In this document: positions 46,011 to 57,586 of the stretch, piece after piece
How the letters are laid out: each line of letters opens with the position of its first letter
Numbering within the stretch: position 1 is the stretch's first letter
NCBI GenBank assembly: GCA_002269645.1
Contig: NIVC01000129.1
Span: 852,950 to 916,949 of the forward strand
DNA: 64,000 nt
Direction: 5' to 3'
Origin: Macrostomum lignano
Taxonomy: Eukaryota
The notes under the pieces: generated by a model
What the model saw: the letters and a program-made list of their open reading frames with translations, nothing else
Told to the model about the DNA's origin: nothing
Databases searched by the model: none
Made by a program: the position numbers and the translations under genes

Positions 46011-48689
46011 TTAAACCGGCTCCCAGGAGGCGTCGCTCTCGCTGCTGGGCCCGACGGACGGGTCGGAGATAAGCAGCTGGCCGTCATCAATTTTGAACTG
46101 CTGCAGTTCGGCTTCATCGCACAGGGCCGGCTCAGTGAGCTCAGACCAGGGCGGCGTGAACAGGCCCGGGGTGAGAGGCGTGCAGTGGGTGGACTCCATA
46201 TTCACCATCAGCTTGCCCGCCTTGAAATAATGTAAAAAATGCCATTTTAAAGTCTATATTAATAATAATAAATAATTGATTACTCATGCCTAATGAGCTG
46301 TGCTGTTCAGTCCAAGGACTGGGAAGGGGGGGGCGCCACACATCCTTTATTGTCCCAGCTAATGCTGGCACCCATTTTACAGCTGAGTGAACTGAAGCAA
46401 TGCAAAGTAAAGCGTCTTGCTCAAGAACACAAATTGTTCCAACTGGGTCGAGAATCGAACCTCCGACCTTTCAATCGAGAGTCCGACGCTCTAACCACTA
46501 AGCTTTGGCCAACCAACCGCTAGTTATAGGTTATATGAAGCCTTAAAACCTACATAATACTACTGAAACTTGATGGAATAAGTAGTAAAAATAGTATGTA
46601 GTAATTAAAATTTGAAAGAATTTATAAAAATACACGAAATATTGGGAAATGAGCTGACCAGGAACAGCAGGACGCTGACGCGATCGGCTTGACCGAGCCC
46701 AACTCCGATGTCCAGCGGGTAGATCTGCCGGCCGGGGTTTTGATTGCCAATCTGACGCAGTCGGCGGCGTCGACTATTGGCCAGATGGCGCAGACAGGCC
46801 TCGTCCCCGATGTAGCCAACCGAGGCCAGGTATTCGGTTAATTGGGCCTGATTGAAGAGATAAATGTATACTTGATTTTTTATTGTTTCAATACATATCG
46901 GCAGTTATAGACTAATCGTAATATTATTTCTTTCTATACATATCGGCTAATCCATATTCATGTATACTTTTTCATTTATACGACGAACACCGGATGTTAT
47001 AGGTATGATATAAACACTAATTACGATACATATCGGCAATTTTGGACATAAAGTAAAACATATTTTTTTCCATACATGACGGTTGTCAAAACAAAGATTA
47101 CCAGATCTCATTTTCTTTTCTACACTTATCGGCTACTACATAACATACAATGCAAAAATATCGATAATAGAAACTCTACTTTCGATACATATCGGCTGAA
47201 CTAACTGTTGATGTAAAAAAATTATTAATTATAATAAAAAATTCGCTGTTGTATCTAAAAAATGAAACGAACCTTCTGGCCCCTCGCTAGAAAGCAATTC
47301 AGCACGATCAGTCCATCGCTGGCGCCACCGGCGGCGCCAGGCGCCGGCAGCAAGTTCGGGTAGCGCCGACGAAGCAGAGCCAGCAGTAGCTGGTTGCCGC
47401 GATTCGTGACCAGCTCGCCAGGCCGGCCAGTGGTGATCATCTCGTCCTGGGTTCGGCGGATTATCTTCACCGGGCCGGGGTAGCTAGGCGAGGCAAGAAG
47501 CGATTGGGTAATTAAGACAAAGGGTAGTTGAGGTAATCTACTTTTAATTTAAATATGACCTTTTTAGTAACAAGGATGTCATCAGTTTAACTATGACGTC
47601 ATCAGTTTAACTATGATGTCATTGGCCTAACTATGACGTCATCAGTTTAACTATGATGTCATTGGCCTAACTATGACGTAATTGGATTTGTATTGGAACT
47701 GGTTCTGGCTGCCAGCTGCTACACCAAACCTTCAATTTACGAGTTCTTAGCCCCTCCCTCGCCCCCTCCCTCGCTTATCGATCGCCCCACCCCTTCTTGA
47801 CTCGCCAATGCTAGCCACCTCATTTCTTATCTCTAGATATATTCCCTAATTGTGCCCAGGCAGGCTCGCGCCTCTGTTTGCGCTTCGCATTCTAATATCG
47901 TATTCTTATATGTGGCTGATTTCACAACAGGATTAACTATGACGTCATTGGCTTACTGTGATGTCATTATTTATATGACATCAAGTCAGTGGTATAACAT
48001 CAATAGTCTAAAAGGACGTCATCCATCATATACGTCATTTTTGTGCTGTGAATTGTCTTTTTATTGCTCCGACGAAAAACTAGACACTAATAGTCAGTAT
48101 GAAGTCATATTCATTAAGCGTTTCATAGCCCCAACTAATAGAAAGAAATTTAACAGCGGATTTTTCTCCCAAGATATAGATAGATTGCAGCATAGATTGG
48201 GCAGTAAGCGTCTTAGCCAATGAGCGCGCAGCTTTTATGTCGTGTTCGTGAAGAAGACCGGAGTAGAAGAAATATTGCGGAAAAATATTCGTTCGCTAAA
48301 ACAAAGGACCTTTCAGAGCCGACATCGACTCGGACAATAGTAAGAAAAAATTAGCCGAGTCATGGCTGCGACAGCCGCAGCGTTGGCCTACGCGTTGCTG
48401 ATAATTCTACTGCTGGCAGCGCTGGTTCTCAACTGCCTCACTATGGCCGCGGCTGCCACTGTGCATGCCGACGGCCACTGCTATCACTACGTGCTGTCCG
48501 TGTGCGCAGCCATGCTGCTGCAGTGCGCCGTCTGCGCCCCAACGGCTGCGGCTGTGGAACTCGTTGGTTAGCTGATTGGAATGTGATTCACTGCGAGTGG
48601 TAGCTGTGGTGGGGGAGATAAAGAGATGAGATCGATAGACAGTCAGTCAGACAGATAAGATAGATAGATGGATAGATACATAGATGGAG

Positions 48690-48729
<40 letters not shown>

Positions 48730-48882
48730 GGATAGATAGATAGATAGATAGATAGATGGATAGATAGATAGATAGATGGATAGATGGATGGATAGATAGA
48801 TAGATAGATAGATAGATATATGGATAGATAGATAGATAGATGGATAGATGGATGGATAGATAGATAGATAGGTAGATAGATG

Positions 48883-48924
<42 letters not shown>

Positions 48925-51900
48925 CAGATAGATAGATAGATAGATAGACAGATAGATAGACAGAGATATACACTCGTATTGTAGATAGACAGACATGACT
49001 CAAAACCACACTGAGTAGCTCACTCCCCAGGCACAAGTGCTGGCGCTGCAGCATTGCATGGTGGGAGTCACCCTCGTAGGCAGGCCCGCATTTAACTTAA
49101 AAACGTTGCAGGCGGACAGGATGAATGCTTTAGTAAAGCAAGCTGAAGAAACAGGAAGCAACGGAGAGATTATCCAGCATAGGATGAAGGAGGCTGAACA
49201 GGGGCGCCAGTGATTTACAACCTGGCACACCGGTGGGCGGACACCAGACAGCAAAAAAGTTTTGCCTGCCAGATGTGGAAGTTAATGCGTCCTCCAGGCA
49301 TTTCGATGCCGCAGCAGATTTGGGATAAGAAGTTCGGGTCGCAGAGGTTGTTATTGTGCATTATCACGACTTTCTTGTACTTCTGTACACCAGGGTATTG
49401 ACGACTCTCTCCCTATGAATTTCTTAGATGAAGCTGGGAATTTTTTTGATGAAGCTGTAAGGAGATTCCCCTATGAAGCTGCAAGGAGATTCTCTGATGA
49501 AGCTGTAAGGAGATTCCCCTATGAAGCTGCAAGGAGATTCTCTGATGAAGCTGGAAGGAGATTCTCTGATGAAGCTGTAAGGAGATTCTCTAAGAAGCTG
49601 CAAGGAGATTCTCTGATGAAGCTGCAAGGAGATTCTCTGATGAAGCTGCAAGGAGATTCTCTGATGAAGCTGCAAGGAGATTCTCTGATGAAGCTGCAAG
49701 GAGATTCTCTAAGAAGCTGCAAGGAGATTCTCTGATGAAGCTGGAAGGAGATTCTCTGATGAAGCTGTAAGGAGATTCTCTGATGAAGCTGTAAGGAGAT
49801 TCCCCTATGAAGCTGCAAGGAGATTCTCTGATGAAGCTGTAAGGAGATTCCCCTATAAAGCTACAAGGAGATTCTCTGATGAAGCTGGAAGGAGATTCTC
49901 TGATGAAGCTGCAAGGAGATTCTCTGATGAAGCTGCAAGGAGATTCTCTGATGAAGCTGGAAGGAGATTCTCTAAGAAGCTGCAAGGAGATTCTCTGATG
50001 AAGCTGGAAGGAGATTCTCTAAGAAGCTGCAAGGAGATTCTCTGATGAAGCTGGAAGGAGATTCTCTAAGAAGCTGCAAGGAGATTCTCTGATGAAGCTG
50101 CAAGGAGATTCTCTGATGAAGCTGGAAGGAGATTCTCTGATGAAGCTGCAAGGAGATTCTCTAAGAAGCTGCAAGGAGATTCTCTGATGAAGCTGCAAGG
50201 AGATTCTCTAAGAAGCTGCAAGGAGATTCTCTAAGAAGCTGCAAGGAGATTCTCTGATGAAGCTGCAAGGAGATTCTCTGATGAAGCTGTAAGGAGATTC
50301 TCTGATGAAGCTGCAAGGAGATTCTCTGATGAAGCTGGAATGAGATTCTCTGATGAAGCTGCAAGGAGATTCTCTGATGAAGCTGCAAGGAGATTCTCTA
50401 AGAAGCTGCAAGGAGATTCTCTGATGAAGCTGGAAGGAGATTCTCTGATGAAGTTGTAAGGAGATTCTCTGATGAAGCTGTAAGGAGATTCTTTGATGAA
50501 GGTGTAAGGTGATTCTCTGATGAAGCTGCAAGGAGATTCTCTGATGAAGCTGCAAGATTCACTGATGAAGCTGGAAGTCAAGTTTCAACGTGAAATTCTA
50601 CATCAACAAAAGTCTGCCTTCATAAAGATCGCTTTGACTTTACAAGCAGTTCTCCCACTTCAAGGTGCATCGGTCACGGACCTGCTGTGCACAGCCAGCA
50701 TCTACCTTGACACAGTCCAGTGCCATCTGGCCTATCTGCACACCATCTGCTGCAGCATTGAGGCCTGTCTAACGCGCCTGCAACCAGGCAACAGGAGCAA
50801 CAATCGGAAGCTTTTCTGCCTGACTCTGGCCGCGCCTTGGTGCACAGCGATTGCGCAAACGACTGCAGCATTTGCGGCATCTGCAATACTTGACAACAGC
50901 AGGCCTCCTTATTTAGCTGGCAACGACAATAGCCAGGTTGTTGGCTGCGGCAGTTGCCACCCGAATTTGACGCTGATGCGATGGATTTTAGGCTGGGCCC
51001 TGCCGGCCACTGCGGCCTGCGGTGGGACGCTGGCTTGGCTTGCTATGAGCAGCTGCAGATGGCAGAGATGCTGCACACTCCATCACTGTCCAAGGAGTCT
51101 GCGTACGGAGGAGAACAGTGCATCTGAAGTCTGCTATATCGTCACAGGACAGCAGTCAAGACTGAACAATGGGGCTCTCGAAGTTATTCAAGAGGAGAAC
51201 GAGAGGGGACCGGAGGAGCAAAGGTGAGCAACTCTGAGTCAATTTATTTTTGCAAAAATTTGTTCTTCTGCTTAAACTATGCCTAATTATTGTGTTTTCT
51301 TCAGTGCCCTCGCGCCTCCCTAACCGCTCTCTCCCCCTTTCCTACCCGCTCTCTCCCCCTTTCCTACCCGCTCTCTCCCCCTTCCCTACCCGCTCTCTCC
51401 CTTCCCTATCCGCTCTCTCTCTTCCCTATCCGCTCTCTCCCTTCCCTATCCGCTCTCTCCCTTCCCTATCCGCTCTCTCCCTTCCCTATCCGCTCTCTCC
51501 CTTCCCTATCCGCTCTCTCCCTTCCCTATCCGCTCTCTCCCTTCCCTATCCGCTCTCTCCCTTCCCTACCCGCTCTCTTCCCTCCCTATCCGCTCTCTCC
51601 CTTCCCTACCCGCTCTCTTCCCTCCCTATCCGCTCTCTCCCTTCCCTATCCGCTCTCTCCCTTCCCTATCCGCTCTCTCCCTTCCCTATCCGCTCTCTCC
51701 CTTCCCTATCCGCTCTCTCCCTTCCCTATCCGCTCTCTCCCTTCCCTATCTGCTCTCTCCCATCCTTACCCGCTCTCCTCCTTCCTCTTTATTTAGGCCT
51801 CATTTCGCTCCCAAAATAATGATTTGCTTACAGCGATATGGCCCCAGAGCCGAGACAGCCGACTGAAGTCATGGGCCTGCACCTCAGCCTCCTGTTTGTC

Positions 51901-52843
51901 AGCCTGGCATTCTGGTCCCCCTATGCCATGTGCAACCTGCTGCACTGCCTGCCACAGCTGCGGCAACAGGAGATAATCGAGACCAATATGCTATTAAACT
52001 GGAGCAGCGTATCCAATGCCAGGTGGATAGCTCAGGCTACCTGTCTGGCTTATCCTGTGTTCTTTCTAACAGCCGACGCAAATCTGAGAGCGACAATGGT
52101 TGCTAAACTGCGGACAGGTCAATTAACTTAATCTCGCTAATTAATTATGCGTTCATGTTTTCGTTACAGCATATTCCACAATTATAACGGTCCACCGGAC
52201 TGGCACACAATGGCACAGTCAGCATCACGGTTAACTTATTCTGATCAACTTCTTTCCCATTTTAATTCCCATAATTCCTTTTTTTAAGATTCGATACAGC
52301 CTTTATGATCTTATTTTCAAATCTCATATCCCATTCCGAATTCCATATCAGATTCCTTAATCCCATATTCCCAGATATCATTTCCTAATCCCATATCCAA
52401 TTCCCTAATTCTATATCTGCCTTCTTAATCCCATATCACTAATTCCACATGTCTCATATCCCAAATGATATTCTGGCAACATACAACCGCAATTAAAAGC
52501 ATTTAATAGGCAACTTGAGATGCAGCCGTTACTCTCGCACTTATTCTAAAAGTTAATGCCACCGCAGAAAAGTACTTTTCCCACAGCTTGTCAAAAGCAG
52601 AAAGCTCTGCGTTTTATGTCGCGCACAACTGCTGAAGTTCCGTCATCAGTGACTTGTCAGAATCTTATTATTAGAATAGTCAAGCAGTCAGTCACTGTTA
52701 CTTAAAGCAAAAGTTTGTTTAAAAACAAAATTTGCGAAATGAAGAGTCATGCAGTGAGAAAACCAAGTGTTTTTTTATTTTGGAGAACTGCGTTTGTGAA
52801 ATATTGCAGTTGCTGTACATTTCAGCATACATTACAAGTAACT

Positions 52844-52893
<50 letters not shown>

Positions 52894-52937
52894 CACATAG
52901 ATAGATAGATAAATAGATAGATAGATAGATAGATAGC

Positions 52938-53017
<80 letters not shown>

Positions 53018-53020
53018 CAC

Positions 53021-53056
<36 letters not shown>

Positions 53057-53314
53057 CTAGATAGATAGATAGATAGATAGATAGACAGATAGATAGATAG
53101 ATAGATAGATAGACAGATAGATGGTAGATAGCGAGAAAGAGCGAGCGAAGCGAGCTCTTTCGAGCTTGCTTGCCGCAGCCAATCAAGCTGAATGCACGCA
53201 CACAAGATCACCGGAAACGATTAAGGCAGCTGGAAAGCCAATGGGCGCGGTAAGCGCTTTTATCCAGAGGAACTACCTGCTGGAACCAGCCTGCTAGATA
53301 GATAGATAGATAGT

Positions 53315-53366
<52 letters not shown>

Positions 53367-53368
53367 CG

Positions 53369-53442
<74 letters not shown>

Positions 53443-56412
53443 CGGATAGATAGATAGATAGATAAATAGTTAGATAGATAGATAGGTAAATAGTTTGATA
53501 GATAAATAGTTAGATAGATAGATAGATAAATAGTTAGATAGATAGGTAGATAAATAGTTAGATATAAATAGATAGATAGATAGATAGATAAATAGTTAGA
53601 TAGATAGGTAGATAAATAGTTAGATATAAATAGTTAGATAGATAGATAGATACATAGTTAGATATAAATAGTTAGATAGATAGGTAGATAAATAGTTAGA
53701 TATAAATAGTTAGATAGATAGATAGATTAATAGTTAGATATAAATAGTTAGATAGATAGATAGATAAATAGTTAGATATAAATAGTTAGATAGATAGATA
53801 GATAGATAGTTAGATAGATAGGTAGATAAATAGTTAGATATAAATAGTTAGATAGATAGATAGATAAATAGTTAGATATAAATAGTTAGATAGATACAGA
53901 CACACAGCCGCAGGCAGCTCACCGGCACAGCTGCTCGGCATTGTCCAGGCGCAGGTGGTGTCTCACGGCGTACCGCACAAACCAGCTGGCAAACTTGGGC
54001 ATGGCCTTCACCGCTAGCTCTTCGATGTTGTCAAACGTGGCGTCCAGCAGCAGGTAGCGCAGCTGCGGCTGCCGGGCGGCCGCCCAGGTGGCCGAGTAGC
54101 CGCCGATGGACCAGGCTAGGAGCGCCGTGTCGCCCGGTTCGAAGCCGAGGCGTTGCTGGGCAAACTGGAGCACAGTTTCTATGAACTCGCGCTCCGTTTC
54201 GGGGAATGGCAGGCCCTGGAGTGAAGTGCGTGGGGAATCGGGTCAGTGTAGGGAAGGACAGGCAGACAGGAGACTAATATTATGCATACACCAGGAAATA
54301 AAGACAGGCACATGCAGACAGACAGACAGAGACAGACAGACAGACAGACAGACACAGACAGACAGACAGACAGACAGATAGACAGACACAGACAGACAGA
54401 CAGACAAGACACAGACAGACAGACAGACAGACAGATAGACAGACACAGACAGACAGACAGACAAGACACAGACAGACAGACAGACATACAGACAGACAGA
54501 CAGACAGGCAGACAGACAGACACACAGACAGACAGACAGACACTAAGACAGACAGACAGACAGACAGACAGACACACAGACAGACAGACAGACACTAAGA
54601 CAGACAGACAGACAGACAGACACAGACAGACAGACAGACAGACAGACAGACCTGTCTCACCAAGCCCAACCAAGCCCAACAAGCTTGCAGGCGTAAACAG
54701 CTTGCTAATTGGTTCAGCAGTAATGTACATTAGCCACTGAATGTACAAGGCAGATTTAGGCTGGAACAACCGAGGAAGGCAATAAAAATTGGGTGGCGGG
54801 GCGGGGGGCAGAGGTTCTGTGTGGAGTTTGAGGGTTTAGGCTTGGGGTAAGAGCCAATAAAATAAGCCTTATCTTGTCTTTAAAAAAACGATATCAAAAA
54901 ACAAACTTTTTCAAGATTTAAGTATTTTGGGACACAATTTCTTGCACTAAAACCAATATACACAAAACTTAAAGAAGCAAAATTGAAAGAATTACAAATT
55001 CTGGAAATAATTTTTTTTAAGAAAGTCAGGCGTTTCTGCTAACAACCTTATCGAAAAAGCAAAATTTCTAGTAAATAACTTTTGACAAAAATGTTTTTTT
55101 AAAGCTAAACTACTTTAAGTAGGAAAAATTTCTGCAAGAGAACATTTATAGAGAAAGAAACTATTTAAAAAAGACAAATTTAGCTAAAATAAATTTTAAA
55201 AAATAATTTTCGAAGAAACAGCTATTCTAAGAAAGGAAGAGATTCAAATTAGTGATCATCAATTCTTGGAAAGTTCACAAACCAACCTGCAATCTGGCCC
55301 TGGTCTGCTGCAGCATCGGTCGAACCACCGCGTTCATCAGCGCAGTGCAGCCGGGATAAGTCATTCTGATTCCGATTGTTTGCACTAGCAACCGACTGGC
55401 CGGCCCTAGCAACCAATCCAACGGATGAGGCACCGGTTCGGCTGGCCCAGAAGCAGGCTGAAGAGGCTGAGTTTGAGTCGCTTTGAACTCAACTGGCCAA
55501 GCCCAGAAGTCGAAGTCGTACTTGGACAGAGATTCTTTGTCCTCGGCTGTGAAGCCGCGTCGAGCCTTGCGCAACGATTGCGTAAAAGCCGAATAGGTGG
55601 GATTGAGGCTGCGGCCCAGGGTGCGGCAGCAGGCGGCGCACAGCAGGAGGCAGACGGCACCGATGGAGTAGGACAGAGCCGACTGGCAGCGGAGTGACAG
55701 CTGGTCCGCTGCGGTGGTAGGGCAGCGTTGTTTTATTGATAGAATGGATCCACTGAGGATCTGGTAGGCTGGCCCAGCAACTGAGGATCTGGGAGGCTGG
55801 CCCAGCAACTGAGGATCTAGTAGGCTGGCCCAGCAACTGAGGATCTGGGAGGCTGGCCTAGCAACTGAGGATCTGGGTGCAATACTACAGTGGAATACTC
55901 AATTGTAATATGAGACAACTTTCAAGTGTAGTTGGTTAACAGGCTAACTACTTAGTAGTATAGTAAGCAAATTTCAGCCTACATTAGAAGACAGTATAAT
56001 GTGGACAATCACAGCAATCAGATGAACAAATTAACAAACCTGAGGAGTAGAGCGCCTGTTTCAGCATGTACGGCAAAGCCATTGGCCAGCCCCATTGGGC
56101 CAAGCCAATGCAAAATCGTGTCTAAAACAGTGTGGCAATTGAAATGGTCTCATTTATGGCAACTTACTCTATCTAGACTAGATACCAAATAAAGCAAGGA
56201 TAAAACTTACTGTTCCAAAAATATAATCAGGAATGGCTTCAAAGATGTTTGCTTCATATGGCTGGCTCTAAAATAAAAAAATAAAAAAATGACATCAGAT
56301 TAGTCTATGCAACATCTGATTTGATTTGAATCTTAAATGTACTTACTTGGCTACTTGAGTCCAAGTAGCGATAGAGCCTTGGTCCAGAAATAAAATCCCA
56401 AATTTTTGACAT
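46011..56412 (-). CDS. ABHD16A: Abhydrolase domain-containing 16A (phosphatidylserine lipase / BAT5) orthologue
   Basis: Exons 56412-56347 ([14 protein letters not shown]), 56267-56211, 56121-56040, 55708-55287 ([26 protein letters not shown]), 54215-53923 (AWSIGG nucleophile elbow, LDATFD), 47483-47273 ([23 protein letters not shown]), 46847-46659 and 46220-46011 (ESTHCTPL). All phases compatible, 509 aa as assembled. Confidence 0.9.
47575..47685. promoter_or_regulatory. 20 bp-period array of CRE-like sites
   Basis: TGACGTCA at 47594 and 47634, TGATGTCA at 47614 and 47654, TGACGTAA at 47674, and another TGACGTCA at 47940. Confidence 0.35.
48362..52131 (+). CDS. Divergent rhodopsin-like (class A) GPCR, nested antisense in an ABHD16A intron
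   Basis: Exons 48362-48566, 50665-51223 and 51834-52131 (phases 1 and 2; 1062 nt, 353 aa). Seven hydrophobic segments, TM1 Asn (VLNCL), Cys at the top of TM3, TM4 Trp, ECL2 Cys, TM5 Pro (WALP), TM6 FWSPY and TM7 YPVFF. A possible extra exon lies at 52170-52234. Confidence 0.75.
48630..48960. repeat. (GATA)n microsatellite
   Basis: GPCR intron 1. Confidence 0.95.
49420..50570. repeat. 24 bp minisatellite TGAAGCTGCAAGGAGATTCTCTGA
   Basis: GPCR intron 1; explains the MKLQGDSL / RESPCSFI repeat ORFs. Confidence 0.95.
51320..51780. repeat. 20 bp minisatellite CTTCCCTATCCGCTCTCTCC
   Basis: GPCR intron 2. Confidence 0.95.
52845..53895. repeat. (GATA)n arrays enclosing a ~170 bp unique cassette (53130-53295)
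   Basis: The cassette has GAGCGAGCGAAGCGAGC and two CCAAT motifs; possibly a Helentron/HINE-type relic. Confidence 0.8.
54300..54650. repeat. (CAGA)n compound microsatellite
   Basis: ABHD16A intron, in the interval where an exon appears to be missing. Confidence 0.95.
55750..55880. repeat. 28 bp tandem repeat CAACTGAGGATCTGGGAGGCTGGCCCAG
   Basis: About 4.5 units in the ABHD16A intron 55709-56039. Confidence 0.85.
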
Positions 56413-56717
56413 CTGGAAGAAATAGCTGAGTAATAAATAAGTTTGCCTTTAAGGATCATAGGCTATAGAAAAAGTATTGAATAAACTTAATTTAGAGTTA
56501 ATTCAACAAATAGATTGAACACATTGAATTGAACAGCCTTTCAAAGTAAAGTCAAAATAGATTACATACACAACTTTTTTCAGTTTTATTCATTAGGTGG
56601 AACTTAGTTCTTTGACAAGAATGCAGCATTGCTGCATATGACTTCTGAATGAAAATTATTTTTTTCTTGCTTTCTAGGATAGAATTCTTATAATTTGGAA
56701 TGTCTAATGGAACTATG

Positions 56718-57586
56718 CAGTGTTGGGCACCGTTAATGAAAATCTTAACTTTCGTTAATAGCAAAAGCATTTGCGTTAAAACAAAAAAAATCTTAACTTT
56801 TTAACTCCTAATTTTGTTAAGTTAACTGATAATCGTTAATAAGCATTATTCTGTTAAAGTTAACACAGAAAATATGGAAATCTTGCACATTTTTTCCAAA
56901 ACAGACTTTGTAATGTACGTCTTTGCTATTCCATCTTTTTAGCGAAACACAGGTCATCTAAGCAATTTGAAAGCTAAAAAAGTAATAAATAATCATTTTA
57001 AAAAACTTGCATGCATAATACTACTAAAAGTAAAGCATATGGTAAAAAAGTAACTTTTTTATTTGAAACTTAAAAGCTAATAATGAGAAATTCATAATTA
57101 AATACACATAGGAAGGTTGTTTCAGTACTATTAGCAGGCGCAACAGAAAGTTGCGAAAGATTGGGACAGAAGTGAATCAAAGCGATCGATGCTCATGCGC
57201 AAGAAATAAAGTTTCACACTATTTTAATTCATTATTTTAAAGTTTATTTGTAAGAAGTTGTTAATTACATATACATCTGTATGATCATCGTCATAAATAA
57301 AGAGATTAAATTTAGGCATATAGGTAAGCTCAAATACATTTGTAATGTTTAAACTTCTTGTAAGACTTACATTTTTCGTTCCTTCTTTGCGTCTTTGGTC
57401 ATTGACATAGACACTACCGTTAACGATGAATTTATTGTTAATTCACAAAATTTTTAACACAAATTCGTTAATTTGTTAGTTCAAAAAAATCTTAACGACA
57501 GTCCGTTAATGTTAATGAAAAATATTAATGCTTATTAACACTTATTAACAGATTAACGCTTATTAATGGACTAGTGCCCAACACTG
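56718..57586. mobile_element. Non-autonomous hAT element (869 bp)
   Basis: 13 bp TIR CAGTGTTGGGCAC / GTGCCCAACACTG, 8 bp TSD GAACTATG (56710-17, 57587-94), and many subterminal GTTAA/TTAAC motifs. Confidence 0.9.

Noticed and set aside
49030-49212. Open frame after an acceptor-like CAG in GPCR intron 1
   Set aside because: Phase is incompatible with exon 1 (stop within about 20 codons), and there is no hydrophobic or GPCR-like content.
49415-50581. MKLQGDSL / RESPCSFI repeat ORFs as part of the GPCR
   Set aside because: 24 bp intronic array; the GPCR exons splice across it in the correct phase (48566 to 50665).
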